Part shown: positions 1 to 7,301 of the stretch, one piece after another | Numbering within the stretch: position 1 is the stretch's first letter | Layout of the letters: the number at the start of each line of letters is the position of its first letter | Origin: Clostridia bacterium | Lineage (GTDB): Bacteria; Bacillota; Clostridia; Oscillospirales; CAG-382 | Length of the DNA stretch: 64,000 nucleotides | Direction of reading: 5' to 3' | NCBI GenBank assembly: GCA_017563195.1 | Contig: JAFXDO010000066.1 | Location: forward strand, 459 to 64,458 | The notes under the pieces: model-generated | What the model was told of the DNA's origin: nothing | Databases searched by the model: none | The model's input: the letters and a program-made list of their open reading frames with translations, nothing else | Made by a program: the position numbers and the translations under genes

Positions 1-1131
1 CAGCTCGACGGTCCTGCTGTCGTAATCGCAGTTCATATTTACACCAATGGATTCAAAGAACCCTTTTGCTAAAATATTGTCCATAAGCAGTTCTTGCTTC
101 ATTTCTATAAATTTAGCCGTTCCGCCGACCACGATGCCAATAAGCTGCTCATCAGTTGTGGTGAGATATACCTGATGACCGGAAATGTCCAAAACATATT
201 CCTGTTCTCTGAATTTGAAGTTTGCAAGTGTATCGTTTTCCCATTCGAACTCAGCACCAAGCTCTCCTAAGATTTCAACAATGGGAAGCAGGAAATAGTG
301 CCCGTCATCCTTACGCAATACCGCACGGCTTCCTTCTGATACATCCTTCCCGTTTACGATAAGCGTGCATTCGTAATCGTTATTGTCATCACTAATGCGT
401 ATGACCATTTCTTCATAATTAATTTCTAGTAAAATTCCTTCTTCAGAGAAAAAAGCGCCGGCATTCGTTTCGTCAATCAAGATTTCTTTGTCCATTGCTG
501 TATATTCGAGTGGCTTATCGTCAAAAACATCGAAAAAGTTTGGTGACGAAGCCAATCCTTGCAATAGCAACTCGCCCGTATCAACATGCAAAACAAAAAC
601 ATCATTTTTGATTACTGCTTTTTTGTCGTTCTCCCACTCAAATTCGCGCCCCAAAGCTTCCATAATCGCAACAAACGGCAACTCAACACGGTCGCTATAC
701 ATTTTCACGCCGCTTCCTTCGGTGATGTCTTTTCCGTTTACTATAAGCTTGCATTCGTACACGGGATCATCGTCAATTACAGGCTGAGACGATTCATCGG
801 AAATTTCGCTGCTTTCGCTCGGCGATTCCGCGTCAAATGAGGATTCCTGCGATACCGCAAAAGAAGATTCAATCATCTCTGACGATTCGAAAATCACAAC
901 ACCGTCGTTGCCGCTTGAATAAACGCCCGATTCAATATCGTTTGGGCCACTCAAAAAATTCGAGGCAATTGCAGCATATGCGCCCACGGACACGGTTACT
1001 GCCGCAACAGAAGTGAACAGCCAAAATCTTTTTGTAAGTCTGCGTTTCTTGACAACCACGTTTCCAACCTCCTTAAGCTCATCGATAAAATCGTACGAAA
1101 TCTCAGATAAGGCGTTTATCAACGTTTTCAT
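1..1131 (-). CDS. Putative membrane-anchored anti-sigma factor, partial (C-terminus lies beyond the window start)
   Basis: Minus-strand frame open from ATG 1131 to nt 1 (checked by hand over 377 codons). It is absent from the ORF track because there is no stop in the window. Its ATG overlaps the sigma gene stop (ATGA, 1128-1131). Translation: MKTLINALSEISYDFIDELKEV..., one TM helix (FWLFTSVAAVTVSVGAYAAIA), a Ser/Glu-rich linker, then two ~128-aa repeats (YEC[KT]LIVNGKD..EGS...FEWEND). The anti-sigma role is inferred from position and topology only; there is no zf-HC2 motif. Confidence 0.5.
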   Translation of the reverse strand, partial: MKTLINALSEISYDFIDELKEVGNVVVKKRRLTKRFWLFTSVAAVTVSVGAYAAIASNFLSGPNDIESGVYSSGNDGVVIFESSEMIESSFAVSQESSFDAESPSESSEISDESSQPVIDDDPVYECKLIVNGKDITEGSGVKMYSDRVELPFVAIMEALGREFEWENDKKAVIKNDVFVLHVDTGELLLQGLASSPNFFDVFDDKPLEYTAMDKEILIDETNAGAFFSEEGILLEINYEEMVIRISDDNNDYECTLIVNGKDVSEGSRAVLRKDDGHYFLLPIVEILGELGAEFEWENDTLANFKFREQEYVLDISGHQVYLTTTDEQLIGIVVGGTAKFIEMKQELLMDNILAKGFFESIGVNMNCDYDSRTVEL

Positions 1132-1673
1132 TTCAAAACTCCTTTCTTTTCCAAATGAGTCTTAAGCCGTTTACGAAGCCTTGAAATACGCATTTTGACG
1201 CTTGCTTTAGGCAACTTTAGCAGCTTGGATATATCTGCGATCGGACTCGATTCATAATACCGAAGCAAGAATATTCTTCGGTTCACAGGCTCCTCGCTTG
1301 CAAGAAATTCGTTCAATGCCTCTGCAAGAGCATTGCTCGAATCAAATTGCTCATACTGAGGTATACAATTTTCAAGCTCCTCATAAACAACCGTAAACTC
1401 GTTTCGCTTGTCCGCAGACAAATACTTATATCTGTCTATTGCAGAATTACGAGTGAGAACCGACAAATAAGCATAAAGCGATTGCGGCTCATTTGGCGGT
1501 ATGCTGTTCCACAGCTTCAAAAGGGCATCGTTAAAGCATTCCTCTGCATCCGCATCGTTGCCGAGAATATTCCGCGCTATTCTTAAGCATTGCGATCTAT
1601 ACAGCCGCTCAACCTCTCTCAATGCCGCTTCGGAGCGCTCCTGCAGCAAGCGGATTATGTCCTTGTCGTTCAC
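1128..1673 (-). CDS. RNA polymerase sigma-70 family factor, ECF-type
   Basis: 181 aa. GTG start 7 nt after AAGGAGGG. Region-2-like DAEECFNDALLKLW and region-4 HTH ISKLLKLPKASVKMRISRLRKRL. Confidence 0.85.
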   Translation of the reverse strand: MNDKDIIRLLQERSEAALREVERLYRSQCLRIARNILGNDADAEECFNDALLKLWNSIPPNEPQSLYAYLSVLTRNSAIDRYKYLSADKRNEFTVVYEELENCIPQYEQFDSSNALAEALNEFLASEEPVNRRIFLLRYYESSPIADISKLLKLPKASVKMRISRLRKRLKTHLEKKGVLK

Positions 1674-1742
1674 GGAATATCCCTCCTTTTTTGTCCTTCA
1701 CCTATTAAGACGAATTTTTTATCGAAAAGTAACGCAGATTTC

Positions 1743-1769
1743 AAAAAAAGCCTCACACGGAGGCTTTTT
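1743..1769 (-). terminator. Rho-independent terminator after glycerate kinase; the hairpin overlaps the stop codon
   Basis: A7-GCCTC-acacg-GAGGC-T5. On the minus strand the stem is followed by a T7 run. Confidence 0.55.
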
Positions 1770-2874
1770 CTTTGTATTCGCATATTAATTCATAAGACCT
1801 TGACGTCAAAAGCTCGCGAGCGTGAGTCAAGCAATATTCAAGCGTAAGATCTTCATTTTTTAATGCGTAAAAGCCGACTGCTCCAAGCTTTGCCAAAGCT
1901 TCATAGCCCTCGGATAATCCTCCGGAAAGAACTATTGAAGGAACGCCTCGGCGCTGTGCAGCTGCTAATATTACACTTACAAGCTTACCATAGACGGTTT
2001 GTGCATCCGTATTGCCCTCGCCTGTAATGAGCAGGTCGGATTCGGCAAGTGCTGCATCAAACGCGCACGAATCGGCAATCAGGGAAGCTCCGCTCACGTA
2101 CCTACCTTTAAGCACCGAAAGCACTGCGGCGCCAACACCGCCCGCTGCACCCGAGCCGGGAATATTCGGGTCGATCCCAAGCACCGATGCAAACGAAAGG
2201 CAGGCTTTGTCAAGCTGTTTTACCTCATACTCGCTTGCTCCCTTTTGCCGCGAGAAAACCTCAGCTGCACCGTTTTTTCCGCACAAAGGATTCTTAACGT
2301 CACAAGCGGCGATGAACTTGATTCCCGACAGATCGTACATACCCTCTTCATCGATACTGACGACCTTGTCGAGTGATTCTGCATTCGGCAAAAGCTCTTT
2401 TCTGTTAACGTCGAAAAAACGCATTCCCAATGCATACAGAATCCCGATCCCGCAATCATTTGTCGCAGAGCCGCCGAGCCCCAATACAATCGTGGTCGCA
2501 CCCAACTCGATTGCAAAAATTATAAGCTCGCCCGTGCCAAGCGTCGAAGATGCCATAATATTTCTTTTATCCTCAGGCACAAGCGTAAGCCCCGAAGCTG
2601 ATGCAAGCTCTATATACGCAGTATTTGTTTCGCTGTTATATACAAATTCAGCTATTCCCCTGTTTCCGAGCGGAAGGGTGACTTCCCTAGCCACCGTCTC
2701 GCCGCCGAAAATATTCCTCATACAATCGCAAAACCCCTCACCGCCATCGGACGAGGGGAATTGCACTACATCAATTTCATTGTCTGCAAGCTTTATACCC
2801 GCTTCAATGGCATTGCAAACCTCAACAGAAGAAAGGCAGCCCTTGAACGAATCGGGTGCAAGCAACACTCTCAT
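1753..2874 (-). CDS. glxK: Glycerate kinase
   Basis: 373 aa. N-terminal APDSFKG and C-terminal LLITGEGNTDAQTVYGK motifs are typical of the GlxK/GarK family. Confidence 0.9.
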   Translation of the reverse strand: MRVLLAPDSFKGCLSSVEVCNAIEAGIKLADNEIDVVQFPSSDGGEGFCDCMRNIFGGETVAREVTLPLGNRGIAEFVYNSETNTAYIELASASGLTLVPEDKRNIMASSTLGTGELIIFAIELGATTIVLGLGGSATNDCGIGILYALGMRFFDVNRKELLPNAESLDKVVSIDEEGMYDLSGIKFIAACDVKNPLCGKNGAAEVFSRQKGASEYEVKQLDKACLSFASVLGIDPNIPGSGAAGGVGAAVLSVLKGRYVSGASLIADSCAFDAALAESDLLITGEGNTDAQTVYGKLVSVILAAAQRRGVPSIVLSGGLSEGYEALAKLGAVGFYALKNEDLTLEYCLTHARELLTSRSYELICEYKEKASV

Positions 2875-3843
2875 TTATGCCCAGAACATTCCCTTAGGAG
2901 CGGGATCCTTCATGATGCATTGCTTGAGGAACGAAACAGCCTTTTCGAGGCCTTCTTCGCTTGTCATAAGCGAATCCTCGTGCTCGATAGAGAGAATATC
3001 ATCGTATCCTACGAGACGGAGATTGCTTATCATATCGCGCCAATACTGCATATCGTTGCCGTAACCGACAGCGCGGAAGATCCACGAGCGATTGATCTCG
3101 TCGCCATAGTGCTTGGTGTCAAGCACGCCGTTAACAGCGGTATTGAGATTATCGATTTTGGTATCCTTCGCGTGGAAGTGATAGATAGCGCTGCCGAGCT
3201 TGCGGATAGCTGCAACGGGATCTATGCCCTGCCAGATAAGATGCGACGGGTCGAAGTTCGCGCCGATGATATCACCGACTGCAGCGCGAAGCTTAAGAAG
3301 CGTTTCGGGGTTGTATACACAGAAGCCGGGATGCATTTCAAAGCAGATCTTTTCAATGCCGTGGGCCGCACAGAATGCAGCCTCTTCCTTCCAATACGGA
3401 ATGAGAACGTCATTCCACTGATATTCAAGCACCGCAAGATAATCCTCGGGCCAAGGGCAGGTTACCCAGTTGGGATACTGCGAGCTTTCGCAGTCACCGG
3501 GACAGCCGGAGAAGCCGATGATCTTCTTGATGCCGAGCTTTTCAGCGAGCAGAACGGCATTGCGCCAATCGCTTCTGTACTTTTCTGCAATCTCCTTGTT
3601 GGGATGTACGGGGTTGCCGTGGCAACCGAAAGCATTGATCTTGAGATCGTACTTTTCAAATGTCGCCTTGAATTCCTCAAGCTTCTTTTCATCAGCAAGA
3701 AGAACCGCAGGATCACAATGCGCCTTTCCGGGATATCCGCCTGCGCCGACCTCAAGCTCTTCTATGCCGAGCGACTTAAGATATGCAAGTGCCTCATCAA
3801 GAGGTCTGTCGCCGAAAAGTACGGTTATAACGCCCAATTTCAT
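2875..3843 (-). CDS. Sugar phosphate isomerase/epimerase (xylose isomerase-like TIM barrel)
   Basis: 322 aa. N-terminus MKLGVITVLFGDRPLDEALAYLKSLGIEELEVG. AAGAGG SD. Abuts the glxK start. Confidence 0.75.
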   Translation of the reverse strand: MKLGVITVLFGDRPLDEALAYLKSLGIEELEVGAGGYPGKAHCDPAVLLADEKKLEEFKATFEKYDLKINAFGCHGNPVHPNKEIAEKYRSDWRNAVLLAEKLGIKKIIGFSGCPGDCESSQYPNWVTCPWPEDYLAVLEYQWNDVLIPYWKEEAAFCAAHGIEKICFEMHPGFCVYNPETLLKLRAAVGDIIGANFDPSHLIWQGIDPVAAIRKLGSAIYHFHAKDTKIDNLNTAVNGVLDTKHYGDEINRSWIFRAVGYGNDMQYWRDMISNLRLVGYDDILSIEHEDSLMTSEEGLEKAVSFLKQCIMKDPAPKGMFWA

Positions 3844-3855
3844 AGGTTTTACCTC

Positions 3856-4944
3856 TTATTTGTTAAAGTAGTAGGGCTCGCCGGTCTTAGCAGAGGTATA
3901 GATACCCTCGAGAATGCTGCTGACTGCGTACGCCTGCTCGGGAGTTACGAAGGGCTCAGTGTCGTTCTTAACAGCATCAAGCCAGAGTCTTGCCTCGCGG
4001 TTTGCGGGAGTTTCGCTGCCCGCACCGTCGTAAAAGTCAACACCGCCTGCGGAAAGATCGGGCTTAAGCACGTACTGTCTGCCGTTACGGATGCCGTTGA
4101 TGCGGAGACCGTCGAGCATATCTGCACCGCCGTCGGTACCGCAAAGAGTGGTGATAGCTTCGCGAGGATCGAGCATATTGAGAGCCCAGCTCGATTCGAG
4201 CATAATGGTCGCGCCGTTTTCCATCACGATGAAGCCGAACGCGGAATCTTCAACGGTGAGTTCACCGGGCTTCCAGTCGCCCCAAGCGTTGCCGGTGGGA
4301 AACTTGTCGCCGAGCTTGTGATAGGTAGTACCGACACAGTACTTGGGCTTATAGTTGTTCATGCACCACATAGTAAGGTCGAGAGCGTGAGTACCGATAT
4401 CGATAAGAGGACCGCCGCCCTGCTCGTATTCGTTCATAAATACGCCCCAGGTAGGAACAGCTCTTCTTCTGATTGCAGTCGCCTTAGCGTAGTAGATATC
4501 ACCGAAGGTACCCTGCTCTGCCTCGGTCTTAAGGTAAAGTGAATCGGGACGGTGACGATTCTGATAGCCGATAGTAAGCTTCTTACCGGTACGCTTTGCC
4601 GCATCGACCATCTTCTTTGCTTCAGCAGCATTGATAGCCATAGGCTTTTCGCACATTACGTGCTTGCCCGCTTCAAGAGCATCAACGGTAATAGTGCTGT
4701 GAGAGCGGTTGGGGGTAAGAACGTGAACGATATCCACAGACTTGTCCTCAAGGATCTCTCTGTAATCGGTGCAAACCTTAGCATCGGGAGTGCCGTAGGT
4801 CTTCGCCGCAAGCTCAGCTCTTTCGGGAATAATGTCGCAGAACCATACCATTTCCGCATCCGGCTGAGCCTTAAGTGCGGGAAGGTGCTTTCCGTTTGCG
4901 ATACCACCGCATCCGATGATACCGATTCTGAGTTTTTCAGCCAT
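3856..4944 (-). CDS. Gfo/Idh/MocA family oxidoreductase
   Basis: 362 aa. N-terminal Rossmann motif RIGIIGCGGIANGKHLPAL. Confidence 0.85.
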   Translation of the reverse strand: MAEKLRIGIIGCGGIANGKHLPALKAQPDAEMVWFCDIIPERAELAAKTYGTPDAKVCTDYREILEDKSVDIVHVLTPNRSHSTITVDALEAGKHVMCEKPMAINAAEAKKMVDAAKRTGKKLTIGYQNRHRPDSLYLKTEAEQGTFGDIYYAKATAIRRRAVPTWGVFMNEYEQGGGPLIDIGTHALDLTMWCMNNYKPKYCVGTTYHKLGDKFPTGNAWGDWKPGELTVEDSAFGFIVMENGATIMLESSWALNMLDPREAITTLCGTDGGADMLDGLRINGIRNGRQYVLKPDLSAGGVDFYDGAGSETPANREARLWLDAVKNDTEPFVTPEQAYAVSSILEGIYTSAKTGEPYYFNK

Positions 4945-4983
4945 TTTCTTGTACGCGCCGATAAGGCGGCGCAGCCTCCTTTA

Positions 4984-5316
4984 TTAGTCTCTGTAATATG
5001 TGTAATATGCCATAACGGTTCGTTCTTTGCCCTGAACCTTATCATAGCCTGTAAGAGTTGCGCCCTCAAGCGACATAAATTCCCATGCGTGCAGATCCTC
5101 TGCCTTACAAACAAACAATGCCTCACCGCCGCAAACTACAGAAAAATCGCCGTTATAAAGGCTGAGGACTCCGCCTTTTCCAATAACGTAATCACCCTTT
5201 ACAGGGTCGCGCTCAAGCACGTATTTCAATCCCCTGCCGTCAAGCTTACGGCACATATACAGCCTGAATTCGGGGCTGTTCGTGTCCTTTGGGGGTTTCT
5301 TTTTGAATCCGAACAT
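4984..5316 (-). CDS. Hypothetical small cytoplasmic protein (110 aa)
   Basis: Its ATG lies 1 nt after the GT2 stop (TGAtATG). An AAGGA SD sits inside the GT2 3' end. No family recognised. Confidence 0.5.
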   Translation of the reverse strand: MFGFKKKPPKDTNSPEFRLYMCRKLDGRGLKYVLERDPVKGDYVIGKGGVLSLYNGDFSVVCGGEALFVCKAEDLHAWEFMSLEGATLTGYDKVQGKERTVMAYYTYYRD

Positions 5317-5317
5317 A

Positions 5318-6268
5318 TCAGTCCTTCAAATCCTCTTCGGTTTCAGCGATAATAAAATCGGGTCTGCGCTTGGTTTCCATATAGGTCTTAGAAAGATACT
5401 GCCCGAGAACACCGATGCAAAGCAGCTGCAAGCCGCCTACAAACAGTATCACACAGACTATAGACGCCCATCCGTCGACGGCGGAATAGGAGTCGACGAT
5501 CTTTCTGATAATGATCGCAAGCGCACCAACGATAGAAAGCATAAACATAAATATACCGCAAAGCGAGCTGATTGCAAGCGGAGCGGTTGAAAACGCAACG
5601 ATACATTCAATCGAATACTTGAATAGCCCCCAGAACGACCACTTGGTCTGCCCTGCCACGCGTTCGATATTGTCGTAGGTTATCCACTCGGTTTTAAAGC
5701 CGACCCACTCGAAGATGCCCTTTGAAAAGCGATTGTACTCGGTCATCGAAAGCACTGCATCGACCATTCTTCTCGACATGAGACGGTAGTCTCGCGCACC
5801 AGAAACAAGCTTGACCTTAGATATCTTATTGACGATCCCGTAAAAGCATTTTGCAAAGAAGCTTCTGATGGGAGGCTCGCCCTTTCGGGTCCCCCTTCGT
5901 GTAGCGACGGAATCGCACTTTTTTTCCTTCAAAAGCGCCATCATTTCAGGAAGCAACGAGGGCGGATCCTGAAGATCGGCATCCATAATTACCGCATAAT
6001 CGCCATTTGCCGCCTTAAGACCGGCAAGCATTCCCGCCTCCTTGCCGAAGTTACGGGAAAAAGAGACGTAACGCGTAAGCTTATCCGCCGAAGCGCGTTC
6101 GCGAAGAATATCAAGAGTTGCATCCTTAGAGCCGTCATCGACGTATATCGCCTCAAAATCATACTCGGGCATTTTTGCGATGACCTTATCTATCTCTTCA
6201 AAAAAATATTTCAGCGCGTCAGCTTCGTTATAGCAAGGAACGATAACGCTTATCAGTTCTCTGTTCAT
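5318..6268 (-). CDS. Family 2 glycosyltransferase, GtrB/polyprenyl-phosphate glycosyltransferase-like
   Basis: Trimmed to MNRELISVIVPCYNE (typical GT2 N-terminus). DDGSKD and DADLQD motifs. Two C-terminal TM helices as in GtrB/DPM1-like enzymes. The track start 6403 lies upstream of the predicted promoter. Confidence 0.85.
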   Translation of the reverse strand: MNRELISVIVPCYNEADALKYFFEEIDKVIAKMPEYDFEAIYVDDGSKDATLDILRERASADKLTRYVSFSRNFGKEAGMLAGLKAANGDYAVIMDADLQDPPSLLPEMMALLKEKKCDSVATRRGTRKGEPPIRSFFAKCFYGIVNKISKVKLVSGARDYRLMSRRMVDAVLSMTEYNRFSKGIFEWVGFKTEWITYDNIERVAGQTKWSFWGLFKYSIECIVAFSTAPLAISSLCGIFMFMLSIVGALAIIIRKIVDSYSAVDGWASIVCVILFVGGLQLLCIGVLGQYLSKTYMETKRRPDFIIAETEEDLKD

Positions 6269-6308
6269 ACTAATACCAATCGACTTTCTGTTATTAATAC
6301 TATATTTA

Positions 6309-6337
6309 AATATACCATACCTAAAAATGATTGTCAA
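6309..6337 (-). promoter_or_regulatory. Sigma-A-type promoter for the GT2 operon
   Basis: Minus strand reads TTGACA-N17-TATATT with TGn (aTGgTATATT), about 35 nt upstream of ATG 6268. Confidence 0.45.
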
Positions 6338-6365
6338 TAACGACGGTTTATTTTTTGCCATATTG

Positions 6366-6394
6366 TTGACTTTAAAATACGGATATGATAAAAT
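6366..6394 (+). promoter_or_regulatory. Sigma-A-type promoter for murQ
   Basis: TTGACT-N17-TAAAAT with an extended -10 (aTGaTAAAAT). Divergent from the GT2 promoter. Confidence 0.45.
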
Positions 6395-6425
6395 CCAAAG
6401 CATAAATAATGTTCGGAGGATACGT

Positions 6426-7253
6426 ATGGCAGATTACTCCAAGCTCACTACCGAAAGCTTTAACGATAATACCGCCAACATCGATAAAATGTCGGCGATT
6501 GAAATTGCGAAGATAATAAACGACGAGGACAAAAAGGTAGCCTTTGCCGTTGAGCAAGCTCTTCCGCAAATTGCAGAAGCAATCGAAACGATGGCAAACG
6601 CACTGAAGGCAGGCGGACATATTTACTACTGCGGCGCAGGCACATCCGGACGACTCGGAGTACTTGACGCATATGAATGCCTTCCCACCTACGGCGTAAG
6701 CGAGGAAACAATCGTTGGTCTTATGGCAGGAGGATATGAAGCGCTTTATGCTTCTCGCGAATTTGCCGAGGATGACTTTGAAAGCATCGTTTCGGAAATG
6801 AGAAAAAGAAGCTTTGATGCAAGAGACGTGCTTGTCGCGATCAGTGCAAGCGGCAGTGCGAACTGTGTTAAGGGAGCAATAAGATACGCAAAGGAATGCG
6901 GCGCATATACCGTATGCGTATCCTGTAATCCCAACAGCGATCTCATCCCGACGGTCGATATCCCCATCATCGCCGAGGTCGGTCCCGAGGTCATCAACGG
7001 CAGCACACGTATGAAGGCGGGAACCGCTCAGAAAATGATACTCAATATGCTTTCGACCGGTGCAATGATCCGCTACGGTAGAGTGAGAGGAAACTATATG
7101 GCGTATATGGTCCCCTCTAATAAGAAGCTTGTGGACAGAGCGATCCGCATGATCTGCCTGAAGACCGGTTGCGACAAGGAAACCGCAGAACTCGAGCTCG
7201 CAAAGGCAAACAACTGCATCGCCGATGCGATGGACGCCATCGAAGGAAAATAA
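6426..7253 (+). CDS. murQ: N-acetylmuramic acid 6-phosphate etherase
   Basis: Trimmed to MADYSKL (GGAGGA SD at 6414-6419). SIS domain with CGAGTSGRLGVLDAYECLPTYG, characteristic of MurQ. Confidence 0.9.
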   Translation: MADYSKLTTESFNDNTANIDKMSAIEIAKIINDEDKKVAFAVEQALPQIAEAIETMANALKAGGHIYYCGAGTSGRLGVLDAYECLPTYGVSEETIVGLMAGGYEALYASREFAEDDFESIVSEMRKRSFDARDVLVAISASGSANCVKGAIRYAKECGAYTVCVSCNPNSDLIPTVDIPIIAEVGPEVINGSTRMKAGTAQKMILNMLSTGAMIRYGRVRGNYMAYMVPSNKKLVDRAIRMICLKTGCDKETAELELAKANNCIADAMDAIEGK

Positions 7254-7265
7254 GAGCAATAATCA

Positions 7266-7297
7266 AGCCGAGAGGTCATCCCTCTCGGCTTTCTTTA
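7266..7297 (+). terminator. Terminator between convergent murQ and the GHL10 gene
   Basis: AGCCGAGAGG-tcatc-CCTCTCGGCT (10-bp stem) followed by TTCTTTA. Confidence 0.65.
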
Positions 7298-7301
7298 TCG
7301 T

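Noticed and set aside
488-840. Two plus-strand ORFs (99 and 84 aa) at the window start.
   Set aside because: - They are antisense to a continuous 377-codon minus-strand frame coupled to the sigma gene, which has a coherent TM-plus-repeat architecture.
- The plus-strand products are low-complexity.
6269-6403. N-terminal extensions in the ORF track: GT2 to 6403, murQ from 6327, isomerase from 16230, fmt from 52681, ireB to 38727, rpoD to 43373.
   Set aside because: - The extensions overlap neighbouring genes or lie upstream of predicted promoters.
- They lack SD sites and add non-homologous residues before canonical family N-termini.
- Internal starts with good SD spacing were chosen instead.
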